From assembly GCF_964188315.1 (NCBI RefSeq), contig NC_135655.1, forward strand, positions 67,580,001-67,644,000: a stretch of DNA of 64,000 nt. The letters are read 5' to 3'. The notes under the pieces are model-generated. The model had not been told where the DNA came from. It saw only the letters and a list, made by a program, of their open reading frames with translations, and did no database searches. Below are positions 49,832 through 61,357 of this stretch, in pieces. The DNA comes from Podarcis muralis (taxonomy: Eukaryota). The position numbers were made by a program, and so were the translations under genes. The stretch's first letter is position 1. Each line of letters starts with the position of its first letter.

Positions 49832-52800
49832 AATTGAGTGTATTGTAATCCATTCACTCCCAAACCATGACTGCCATATTGAAAGCATGTTCTTAGGCCA
49901 TTTTCAAGTGTGGTAGTATGGGGTTGAAAGAGGTTGTGCATAAGCAGCAATCAAGAGAGAATGTAGCCTGAAGAACTTTATGTCTACCTCCACTGCCAGA
50001 GGCAATCGGCCTCTGAATACCAGTTGCTGGGAATCACAAATAGGGAGAGTCCTCTTAGAGTCAGAACCTACTTGTGGGCTTCCCATAGGCATCCAATTAG
50101 CTGCTGTGAGAACAGAATGCTAGGTTATATGGGCCTTTGGCTTGATCAGCAGGATCCTTTTTATGTTCTTATAGCAACATAAGACATGTGTGGAGTCAGG
50201 GGGAGTTAAATTCAGCATTGTGGAAGTGCTTGCCTGCTGACCGGCTGAGACAACCTCGTTGTTACCTGACTGCTTTTGCCGCCTGTGTATTCCAGGCACT
50301 AAGGGCATTAGAGCTACCCTCCCCCCCCCCCCCTTGGTAGGTGCTCATTTCCAGTGGCCTTACATTGGTTCTCTGTTTCATTTGTGTGTCAAGTGAAGAA
50401 CCTGTGTTGACTAGGATGCAGACAGAATTCGAAAATGGCTTTTTGTCCTCTAGTGCCAGCAAGTGCATAAATACATCCAGAGACTGAAAGGCATTCTCAG
50501 CAGCAGTCTTGGACATTTGATATATGTAGAACAATTCCCATGTAAAATGCTTGAGAAACAGAATTGAAAACTGTGTACAGTGCATTTTGATAAGTATTTT
50601 ATTCAAAATTATAACGTTGTTCTAAGTGCTGTACGAGCTTTCACATTCCAGCACTCTGATATAAGGCTGTATACAGATTATATGGGCCCTCAAGGCAAGG
50701 AAGGACACAGGGCATTTATATCACAAGCTGCTCTGGTTGCCCAAAGAAATATGTTTATGGAGTTTAAAGTCTCAACGCACCCCAACCATTCAAGAATGGC
50801 TACTGAAAGCAGATGATTTATCCATCAATGAAAAACATAGTTTACAGAAAACAAGATAACACATAGTGTGATATTTTTCCCTCCTCCACCCCTTCCTCTA
50901 GGGAGTGTCTTGGGCCAAATTAATGTATGGTCTTGATAACAACATGTCCCAGGCTCAGAGGCTTTTGCTGTTTGTTTTTAACTCCTCCACCCATAAAAGC
51001 CATTATTTATTTCTCTTATAACTTTGAAAAGTCTTATTGCACCTAGCCAAGCCTTCTATTTTCTCAGTGGCTAACCAGTGGCCAGCTTGTGGAAGCCACA
51101 AGAAGGACACATATTGGTGCAATAGCAACCGATATTCAGAGGCAAAATGCTTCTGTTACTGGAAGTCTACAGACAACCCCATGACAGCTGAGCATCCTTG
51201 GGAGTCTTTGGTGAGGAACTTTTATCGCCCTAATCTGCATGCTTATTTTCAATCTCAAATCTAAAAGCTTAGTAAGATGTGAATTACTTAACTCTAATTT
51301 ATGTATCTCTTTCCTGTTTATTCAGGCAGCTAAAGTCTCAGCACACCCCAACAATTCAATTTCATTTAAATTGGGGAGAGGGGAAATTGTGTTTTCATTG
51401 GAGAAAACATATACCAGCCTCCCTAAATTATGTGAATGTACTTGTTTTCAAGCCTGTTTGTTGAAATTGCTTCTCCATGTGTGCTTTGAGACTATTTTTA
51501 ATGAGACTTCTTTCTGGGAACAGTCACGTCAGGGATCTTAGAGAACAGGATGAAATCACAACCTATATAGTCAAACACATGCTCTTATGTGCAATTTGCT
51601 CTATGGCAAATGAAGGAGCTTATGGGAAATGCTGGTTTCATTCTTAGTTGGGTAAAGATTTCTACCCATTTTCAACACACCACCCAACCAAAAAACAAAA
51701 ATGGTTACTAAGGTAACATTTCCCCCCCTCAGTTTTGTTCATGACACATTAAAATCCTTCAGTTGAGCACTTAATTTTCCAGCATATGTCCTTTTAGATG
51801 CCCAGTGACACCTGTTAGAAGGTATATGGTTCTGAGGTCCAAGGAAGTATTGCTGATGCCTCTACTTAACATTTCTGTCACAGCACCTCTTCCCATTCAT
51901 CTCCCTGCATTGATAGCACTGCTTGGTAGTTATTAAAGGACCCTCTGAGTATAATTATGCCCTGTTGGGATGCACCACATTGAGTGGTCTAAATGTTAAC
52001 TAAACTCAGCAGAAGCACAAAGCAAAATTGATGTTGTGGTAACATGATACAGCTGCTAAGTAACCAGGCAAATGGTACACTCATCCTAAATCATTTAACA
52101 CGTTTCACCATCTTTTGCTGTGGTTCATAATTGTTCCCCAGAAATGGCCTGTCAGGCTGAAATAGTGCACTACTCTCCTTAGTTTAACAATACAATAAAA
52201 GCACTGGGATGTTGAAAAGAGAGAGTAAAAGAAGGGGGCTTACGTTCAGTATTTTCCAAGTGATGTTTACCATCTTTTCCACTTGACTTCTTTGCTGTTG
52301 CTTTTTGTCTTGTTTGCTCAAGATTTGGATTGTTTTTCTTTGGATGGAGAAGGGGCTGTTAGAAAAAGGATAAACTGAAAACTAGAAACAATTAAGGCTC
52401 ATGTTTTATTGTCCAGCTTTCGACTGAATTCTGCAGCTCTGGCCGACTTTACAACGACCATATCCACAACTGGAAACCATGTAGGCTGAGTACATTGGAG
52501 GGAAGCTAGATTGTGACCACAGTCTCCATACTGATCTCCATGTGTCCATTGGCCTGCAACAAAGAAAGATCCCCATTCATGTAGAGAGCTTCCATGCAGA
52601 AAAAGCTCAATGCCAGCTTCCCACAGCCTGGTGTTTTTCAGACTTTTTGACTACAAAGTCCATCAGTGCCTGCCAGCAGAGGCAGGGGTCAGGGATTATG
52701 GGAGTTGTAATCCAAAACCTCTGGAGGGCACCAAGTCAGGGAAGGCCACTGAAAGAGCCCATGAACACAGGGAAAGTGGAACTGCAGACAGCAGCTAACA

Positions 52801-53272
52801 CAGTCCTGTTGCTCCTCCACATGTTCAAAGAATTGAGGAGTTGGAAAGACCACAAGGGTCATCTAGTCCACCTCCCTGCAGTGCAGGAATCTTCTATGCC
52901 ACATAGTTTCCAGCTGTGTGAAAAGGACTGAAATGCCACTCTACTTTTGATTTACTTCATGCAGGGGTAGATTTACTGGTGCAGTGTTTTGGGATGATCA
53001 TCTCTGTTTAAGAAGATGGCAGTTGCTATCTTGTTTTGCTTTGCTGAAAGTATCACTACTACCACAGATCCTCTTGCAGGCTGGAATTGTATGTTCTGGG
53101 ATTCTTGTTTGATTATAGAAATGAGTGTTTTCATATGAAAAAGGTAACTGGGAGTGGCATTAAACTTTCTTTTAAACCTTGGGAGAGCAATAAATACAGC
53201 AGCAGCATTACCTTCTCCCTGATGCTTTTTATTTAGCAGCTCTCTCAATATTTTATGAGTGCATCTAAAATA

Positions 53273-53478
53273 CAGTGGTACCTCGGGTTAAGTACTTAAT
53301 TTGTTCCGGTGGTCCGTTCTTAACCTGAAGCACCACTTTAGCTAATGGGGCCTCCTGCCGCCGCGCCGCCGGAGCACGAATTCTGTTCTCATCCTGAAGC
53401 AAAGTTCTTAACCTAAGGTACTATTTCTGGATTAGCGGAGTCTGTAACCTGAAGTGTATGTAACCCGAGGTACCACTG
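53273..53478. mobile_element. Tc1/mariner MITE
   Basis: Perfect 18-bp TIR cagtggtacctcgggtta/taacccgaggtaccactg, TA on both sides. Confidence 0.93.
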
Positions 53479-53688
53479 TATAAAGTAACCTGAGTGAAGC
53501 CTTTGATAGGCAGCCAGCTTTAATGGAGCTTTCTTGTTGACAGTCATGTTTTTCTCTCCCCTCTCCTACTGATTGTTTGGGGTGTGCTTGTGTCAACACA
53601 GACTTCTTGCCTGCACTGAAGTCTTTAGGTTTAAAGAAGATGGCTGAGTTTGCTTCCATGGGAGCCAAGTGTTCACACACATTCATTG

Positions 53689-54354
53689 CATAGCTGTCAA
53701 CCATCTCTTATTTGGCGGGAAACTCCCTTATCCCAGTGCCATTTCCCGCTGCTGTCCCTTATTGATGATGTCCCTTAAATTTCCCGGGTTTCAAAGGAAG
53801 CAGCCGGCCAGGGAGGAGGGAGGCTCCAACTGTGTTGCTTGGCTGCGTTGCTCACCCAATAAGGAGTCTAAGAACGACTGGGGGGTGGAGCTTGCATGCC
53901 TTGTGCCGATCAAATCGACCTTGTTGCCTGGGGACTCGCCTTTGCTCAGCACTTCCCAGCAGAAAGGTGACAGTGGTTTTCCTTGCTGCATCCCCTTTGC
54001 CGGGTTGCTGCGTTGTGAGGCTTCGTTTGGCTGCTGGCTGGGCTTTCTGCCTTTGGCTCGGAGGGGCTCAGAAGTTGAACATACCTGTGCTCAGAATCGG
54101 ATGGATACGTCATTGATGGCCCACTCACCCTTGCCGGGGAAAAGGTCTGTTTGGAGTGGGGCACATGGTGGGGGGAAAGGAAAGGCACTCTCGTGGGAGG
54201 GGGGCTTTTGGATTTGTTTTTGAGGCTCCTTCGATTGACTGTTATGGGGGAAAGGAAAGGAGCTGGTTGACTAAAATCCCTTATTTTGGCTGCTGATCCC
54301 TTATTTTCGAGGCTGCTGGTCCCTTATTTTCAAATCTGTAAGGTGACAGCTATG
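53689..54354. mobile_element. Non-autonomous hAT element (666 bp)
   Basis: TIR catagctgtcaacc / ggtgacagctatg, perfect 8-bp TSD attcattg at 53681-53688 and 54355-54362, and three tccctta subterminal repeats near each end. Confidence 0.9.
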
Positions 54355-54684
54355 ATTCATTGACAGTTGTAGCCATCACCTCCTAATGCTTCAAGGGGGA
54401 ATGCAGGTTCTATTGAGAATTGGGGGCTCCGATTTTGCAGAAATGCAAGCTCCGATTTTGCAGGTGTAATACCTGAATACCTGGTTTCTTGCAGAGGAAC
54501 CTGGGAGACTTTATTAGGTGTTGGTGATGGAGGAAGATTGAAGCACTTGTTTGGAGATGGGGGGAATTTTTGCATGTTGACATCACAGGCTTCATAAGGG
54601 TCCTCTCTAGACTGTCACCCCCCCCACCCTTTCATAATACTAGAACTCACAGCCATCCAAAGGAACTGAATGTTTAGATTCAGG

Positions 54685-55382
54685 ACAGAAAAAAGAAAGT
54701 ATTCCTGCAGTGCATAGTTGAACTTTGGAATTAGCTCCCACAGCAGGCAGCGATGGCCACCAACCTAAAAGGTAAAGGTAAAGGTACCCCTGCCCGTACG
54801 GGCCAGTCTTGACAGACTCTAGGGTTGTGCGCCCATCTCACTCAAGAGGCCGGGGGCCAGCGCTGTCCGCAGACACTTCCGAGTCACGTGGCCAGCGTGA
54901 CATCGCTGCTCTGGCGAGCCAGAGCCGCACCTTCCCACTAGTAAGCGGTCCCTATTTATCTACTTGCACTCGGTGGTGCTTTCGAAGTGCTAGGCTGGCA
55001 GGCGCTGGGACCGAGCAACGGGAGCGCACCCCGCCGCGGGGATTCGAACCGCCGACCTTTCGATCGGCAAGCCCTAGGCGCTGAGGCTTTTACCCACAGC
55101 GCCACCCGCGTCCCGGCCACCAACCTAGATGGCTTTAAAAGAGGAATAGGCAAATTCATAAAAGAGAGGACTGTCAAAGGCTACTACTCACGCAGGGTAT
55201 GCTCTGTCTCTGCAGTGGGAAGCAGTAATGTTTCTGAACACTAGTTTCTGGAAATTACAGGGGAAAGTGCTTTTGCGCTCAAATCCTGTGTGCACAGGCC
55301 TCTGGTTGTCTGCTGAGAACAGGATGCTGAACGATGTGGGTCATTGGCCTGATCCAGCAGGCTCTTTTTATGTTCTTATGTA
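54685..55382 (+). mobile_element. CR1/L3-type 3' end (TTCTTATG tail) interrupted by a Sauria SINE
   Basis: gatggccaccaaccta[SINE]gatggctttaaaagagg...ggcctgatccagcaggctc...ttatgttcttatg. Confidence 0.75.
54768..55114 (-). mobile_element. Full-length young Sauria SINE
   Basis: 13-bp TSD ggccaccaaccta at 54755-54767 and 55115-55127. Highly similar to 33632-33979. Confidence 0.95.
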
Positions 55383-58300
55383 CAGGAGAGAATCAATTGC
55401 ATGCCAAGATATTTAGTGGATTAAAGTGCTCTCCAATACTCTTGCAGAACAAACCCATTAAAAAAAAAAAGCAAGCAAACTTTTTGTGTTAAAGAAAATG
55501 ACTGGAAAATGCACTAGAAAGTGTGGGATAGCAGAAAATCCACCCAAACGAAGCAGGTTAAATGTTCAGTAAACAGCAGGTGTTGAATAACCTTCATGCA
55601 AATAGTTCAGAATGAATGCGCAATAAACAATAGATAAGCCCAGTTCTTAATCCAGTTCAGCCCTATTAAACTCAGTTGGGCTTGCATTATTAACTTTCCT
55701 TCAGTATTTAATTTCCATTGCTATATGCCATTGTCTTCCAGCCGGATTTAAATTGTCTTTATTAAAATGTCTTAATTAAAAAAAGTATTAGATGTTCATA
55801 TATAAAATAGTTGTTAAGTACCACAAAAATAATATAAATGGTTATCCACTCTAGCATTCCCATTATAAGGGAAATAGATTGCAAGAGTTGATGTTAATGA
55901 AAACTATAAATGCATGCACATTTTGAGGGCATTTTTGAATATTCTAATACAAGCATTCAGTCGGATTCATCATTATACTTCATTATTGTAAGTCTGCAAA
56001 ATAGAAAATCACTTTGTAAGTCAAGAATCTCAGTAAAGAAAGCAGTTTCCCACAATTGGGACAGAAATGTTAGCAAAAAGTATTTTTTGATCACTGCTGT
56101 ATAATGGCTTGCCTTGTGCACTTTGGTAGGAAAACCTAACTACTATAGAGACAGACTTCTGAATAGTAGTCCTGAGTGGCTCTGTCATTCATGGTAGGGA
56201 CTCTGGTCTAATGCAGACTCCCATTCTGGATGGGAGAGGCAAGGTGACTTTTGCCAAATCCCCTTTCCCCTGATCTGCACTGTGGAGAATATCCCAGTCG
56301 TCTAGAGTAGGTTTTCTGGAGGGTGAAAAGGAAAGAAAAATAAACAGCTTCTCCTCCTACCTTCCTTTGAGGGGCAGTGTTTTTACACTTTGAATTTTCA
56401 GTATATTGCAGGTTCCTTTTGGGAAGCTCAGCTTTGTGAAATTTGTCCCTATTCACTGACGCTGACACTGTGGTGTTCTAAGAGGATTGGCTTTGCACAG
56501 TAAGAATAAACACTGAGGAACAGGAAATAACATGTCAACCATCCTGAAATATTTCGATGAAGGGTGGTATATAAATCTAAGCAATAATAACAACAAAAAC
56601 TGTAGCAAACCTAGGTGAAAGAAAACCCAAATCCTTACTGTAGTTATACCACATTGGTTATTGAACATGGATGTATCCAGCAAACCAAGGATCTTATACT
56701 GAATATGGTTATATCACTCATAGAATGTGCTCCCTTCTTACTGGATTGTTGCAAACTCCATACTGGTGTAAGGAACAAACATTATGGGAGCGACCCAACA
56801 CCTTTCCAGTAGATTTGGCAGGACTTTCCTTCCTCCTCACTGCAACCCCCAATCTGCATTGGAGGGGATGCCAACACCCCAGAGCCAGTTTTGGGGTGCA
56901 CAGGGGGCCACAGGAGAGAGGAAGGGTAAGTCCCGTTTGCACAAGCAAGACACCACAGTTGGCTATCACCCTCCTGTAATTCACTGACCATTTTGCTGTG
57001 GTGTAATAATAATGTTTCATGCTACATTTATCACAGGATAATTAATTATAACCTTTCATTTCATATCTTGAATGTGTAAACTGTCTTATCTTAGGAAATT
57101 GTCTAATAGTTGGGGCAATAGTTGCAATTGTGAAACAATTAGTTGGGTCAATATAATCACTCAGTGACTTGCCACTTACTAGTTGCAGTCTTCCAGTCAG
57201 TCAACCAAAGCCAAGACATATATGAATTAGATAATTGATATATGAGCAGCCCATCTCCTCTTCATGTCCGCTCCAATGGGCATGAGTCAATCCAGTACTT
57301 CAGTCTAGTAGTGCAAAACTGATTTGTAATATACTGAACGCTGATACAGCTAATGCAGTGAGCAGAGAATGGGGTTAAAATAATCCAATAAATTATTTAT
57401 TGTGAATCATTCAACTAGGAATATATGCTATGCACAATTGGATGCCATTATCCTTTTTAAGTACCCAATCTTTGTACAACTCCTGCTTTTATCTCCCTTT
57501 ATCCCTTTTATCTACATAGCTGCTTTTGTCTTAATAGTGACTAACACTTCATATTCAACCTTGAGAATCTGACTTTTGTTTAGCAGAAAGGGAAAGGGAA
57601 GAAAGTATATTCTTTTTTCTCCATTGAAGAGGGTAAAAAAAACAAAAGATTGAAATTAATAGAATTTATCAGAATCACAAATCATAGGACGGTATTAAGT
57701 TTGGACAACAATGTCAGGATAAGATTAATAGTTCTTTTCCCGATTAAGTAGATCAATCTCTCCCTTTGTTATAGGAGTCATTCATAGCCTTTCAGAGTAA
57801 ATGTAACCTTGAAAGCAAGTGGTAATTAGCATTTAAAGAGAAAAATAATAGTCAAGCTCTAATCTTGTATTAGGTGTATGGTAAATAAAATTGTTTGAGA
57901 CTTACTGTTTTTATATATATTAAATTCTGCTTTATTGGCTCATCTGGCATAATTCACAACCCTCTGAACACCAGTTGTCGGAGAACACCTGCAGGACCCC
58001 CAGGTATAGGGGCAGTATATAAATTCAGTAAACAATAAAATAATAATAAATGCACCCATCTCCTGCTTTTAGGCCTCCCATAGGCCTCTGGTGGGAAGTG
58101 GAATGCTGAACTCTTGGTCAGATTCAGCCAGGCTCTTCTTAAGGCCAGTTACCCAACCAGAATGGTGGGGAACTGGGTTCTCTTTCCTTTGTGATACTCT
58201 CCTGCTTGGGATTAAAACTTTGTGACTAGAGATAGTTTACAGAGCAAAAGATAGGAAACCAGCTGGCTGGTGATGCCATGCAGTCTGCTTCTGATCTCAC

Positions 58301-58920
58301 AATCTTAAGGTAGAATATGGAAGGAAGTGCCTGACATTCGAGTGAGGATCTGTTAGATACTGTGCAGGTTTTATCCTGTCCTTGGACTGGATAGTCCTTC
58401 AAATAGAGGACTCTCCTCTGTAAAGTAGGACACCTGGCCACCCTAATTAATTTGTTACTTTAAAGTGTTACTTTAAGAAGCCTCCTTTTCTTTTCACAAA
58501 TGTAGCATATTTTTCCATTGCTACAAGAAGCATTATATGGGGGAAAATATGTGAAGTCCTAGAAGTGGAAAACTGCAGAGTTACTTGACAGTGGTAAATC
58601 AGCCAAGTGGTTGTAATATCTGGTTGCTGTTGATTTTTATACAGGCAGGATATCACAGAATTTATTTCTGTTAGAAGCTTCCTATTTCTGTTGAAATGAC
58701 TATTGTTACATTTTATTCCATTTTTGAATCACTCCATATGAAGAATCTCAAAATGCTTTCTCAATACAATTGAGTCTTAGAACAGAATGGAGAAGGTGTT
58801 ATACAAACTTAACTAGGCAAAGACAGATGTGGTTCAAAAAGATATCAGATTGTAGTAAATCAGCAATGGCTATTCTACAAATGCAAATTAAAAGCCCGCA
58901 GTTAGTTATACTGAAGTAAT

Positions 58921-59430
58921 TCCTATACGGCCTAGGACCCTCGTACCTACGGGACCGCCTCTCCTGGTATGTCCCACGGAGGACCTTACAGTCTTCAAAT
59001 AAAAACATCTTGGAGATCCCGGGCCACAGGGACGTTAGGCTGGCCTCAATCAGAGCCAGGGTTTTTCCGGCTGTGGCCCCGATCTGGTGGAACACTCTGT
59101 CACAAGAGACTAGGGCCCAGCGGGACTCTTTCCGCAGGGCCTGCAAGACAGAGCTGTTCCACCAGGCCTTTGGCCAAGGCACAGTCTGACCCCCTCCTTT
59201 GGTAATCCTCACAGAACTCTAGCCCAATGGTTGCCATTAATTTGATTTTGAATTGATTTTAGAATGAATTGATTTTAGAATACATTTCAATTAATTGATT
59301 GTGATTTTATGTAAACTGTGTTACTTTTATTGTTGTTAGCCGCTCTGAGCCCAGCTTCTGCTGGGGAGGGCGGGATATAAAAATTATTATTATTATTATT
59401 ATTAATATTATTATTGTTGTTGTTGTTATT
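58921..59430 (+). mobile_element. L2 3' end with (TTA)/(TTG) tail
   Basis: cggcctaggaccctcgtacctacgggaccgcctctcc...gttagccgctctgagccc...gggcgggatataaa followed by a microsatellite tail. Confidence 0.8.
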
Positions 59431-59790
59431 AAAATGCTTAGGATTGCAGAATAGGGTTGGACAAATCTACAGAAGGCTATTTACTCTTGGGTGTTTGCGA
59501 AGCTTCTTTCTAAACCTGCTGCCATCTTTGACATTTGCACTGGGTTTTGTAGTTTCTGTGTCTTGTAGCATAATCTCACTGCACGTTTATTTGGGAATCT
59601 TAGTAGGACATACACTTAAGCAAGTTTGCACAAGACTATATTGGCTTATAAGAATTTATATCCTTCGCTTCTTCCCAGGAGCTGTGTACACAGGTCTAAC
59701 CCCATTTTATCCTCACAACAACATTGTGATATTGCCACTTCTTGACTAGGTATTCTAATGTGGAACTGACTCTCTTGACCCAGTAATAAT

Positions 59791-59899
59791 CATAGAGTTG
59801 TGAGGGACCACGAGGGCCAGGAATCTTTGCCCGATGTGGGGCTTGAACCCACAACCCTGCAGTTAAGAGGCTCATGCTCTACCAACTGAGCTATTCCAA
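59791..59899 (-). mobile_element. tRNA-Lys(CTT)-derived SINE with CR1-like tail
   Basis: Reverse complement tagctcagttggtagagcatgagcctcttaactgcagggttgtgggttcaagccccacatcgggca has A-box, CTT anticodon and B-box, followed by gtggtccctcacaactctatgatt. The acceptor and anticodon stems are broken. Confidence 0.75.
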
Positions 59900-60204
59900 T
59901 GGTTAATATTAGCAGGATGTACCTGCTGAAACATGGAAGGTTATGTAGCTTCCAGTGGGAGAACAATGAGTGGGCAATGCTAAAAAATACTCCTGGCTGG
60001 AAGCACTCAGGATACTCTTGAGACCCATGATAGATCTTCATGGCTGAGCAGTGAATTGAATCTTGGTTTCAATCTGACTGTTCCCCCCATGGATACTCAC
60101 TTATGGCTGACTGCTGAATGACTCTTAAATCCAAATGATCATGAGACGGAAGTGGTGATAGGTGACTTTTGATTAAATGTGTTTTTCTTTCTTCGTTTTT
60201 AAAG

Positions 60205-60351
60205 GGAGGTCCAATCCAGAACAGAAAATCCAAACGTTGTCTGGAGCTGCAGGAAAACAGTGATAATGAATTTGGATTTCAGCTAGTTTTACAGAAATGT
60301 TCCGGCCAGCGCTGGTCTATCACAAACATCCTGAAAAGCTTGCCGTTATAG
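60205..60351 (+). CDS. GALNT18: GALNT18 terminal coding exon (lectin gamma repeat) with stop codon
   Basis: ttaaag|GGAGGT acceptor. Translates GGPIQNRKSKRCLELQENSDNEFGFQLVLQKCSGQRWSITNILKSLPL followed by TAG at 60349-60351. Confidence 0.96.
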   Translation, partial: GGPIQNRKSKRCLELQENSDNEFGFQLVLQKCSGQRWSITNILKSLPL

Positions 60352-60850
60352 ACTTTCAGGAAAAACAACAACAATCCTTCTACACAATTCTCTTGCTACT
60401 GTGTAGCAACCGTTTGCAATGTTGCCTGCTGTACTATATATTTTTTTCTTCCTCTTTTAACCTTTGTGTGTGCGTGTATGAGTGGCTGGGTTTGGATTTG
60501 TGGGCTGAGAACAGAGATTTTTATTTCATAATGACATTTTCATGGCATTTATAGAGATGCTGAATGACAGGTAATGGTAGAATATCTTTAAATATTTTGA
60601 ACTGTAAATAGGGAACAAATGGAGAATATTTATAACTCGGACAATAAAATTTTATTGATTAAAAACACAGCCTAATACTGTCTTTGATGAGTTTGTTGTG
60701 GAACAGGTTTGAGACAACCCAAGTGCTGAATAGATTTCTAATCTGCTTTTTTCTTACGCCTTTGCAAGGAACACTCCCTACATCAGTGCTACACATTCAT
60801 TTACGAAGACATTCCCTTGCATAAAAATAAAAACTGTTGGCATTTCAACC
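60352..60850 (+). other. GALNT18: GALNT18 3'UTR (end uncertain) with candidate poly(A) signals
   Basis: Follows the stop codon. AATAAA at 60643-60648 with GT-rich downstream sequence (gagtttgttgtgg), a second AATAAA at 60826-60831, and a TGTAAATA Pumilio-type motif at 60603-60610. Confidence 0.6.
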
Positions 60851-61004
60851 ATAAATAGTATCACAGCATTTGTGTATATTTAAAAATACACATAACATTT
60901 TAGAATTGCTACATGTCATTTGCCTTTCTTCATTCCTTTATTTATTTGCACTGTGGTAGCACCTTAGAGATTCATTTTCCCAGGGAGTATTTAAAACAAA
61001 TATA

Positions 61005-61357
61005 CAGTGGTGCCCCGCAAGACGAACGCCTCGCAAGACGGAAAACCCGCTAGACGAAAGGGTTTTCCGTTTTGGAGGCGCTTCGCAAAACGAATTTCCC
61101 TATGGGGTTGCTTCGCAAGACGAAAAAATCTTGCGCGTCCCCGCGGGTTTTTTCCGCTCCCCCCCCCTTTCCTAAGCCGCTAAGCCGCCTATCAGCTGTT
61201 CCGCTGATAACCCGCTTAACAGCTGATCGCGAAAAGCTGCTAGACCGCTGTAGCGCTAATCCGCTAAGCTGTCAATGGGCTTGCTTCGCAAGACGAAAAA
61301 AACGCTAGACGAAGAGAATCACGGAACGGATTCTTTTCGTCTTGCGAGGCACCACTG
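61005..61357. mobile_element. Young CpG-rich Tc1/mariner MITE just downstream of GALNT18
   Basis: TIR cagtggtgccccgcaagacgaa versus the reverse complement of ttcgtcttgcgaggcaccactg (21/22), TA on both sides, repeated internal gcaagacg motif. Confidence 0.93.

Noticed and set aside
53669-54223. 184-aa ORF as a transposase or cargo gene
   Set aside because: No DDE, BED or dimerisation motifs. It starts outside the TIR and is consistent with a chance ORF in GC-rich DNA.
59828-59899. Functional tRNA-Lys gene
   Set aside because: The acceptor and anticodon stems do not pair and it is fused to a LINE-like tail, so it is a SINE head.
60945-60960. Overlapping miR-19/130/128-type seed matches (tttgcactgtg)
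   Set aside because: They lie downstream of both AATAAA signals, so they are probably outside the mRNA.
1010-61357. Recurring palindromic repeats as CRISPR-like or REP-like arrays
   Set aside because: They are dispersed MITE copies with TIRs and TSDs in a vertebrate intron, with no repeat-spacer periodicity and no cas genes.
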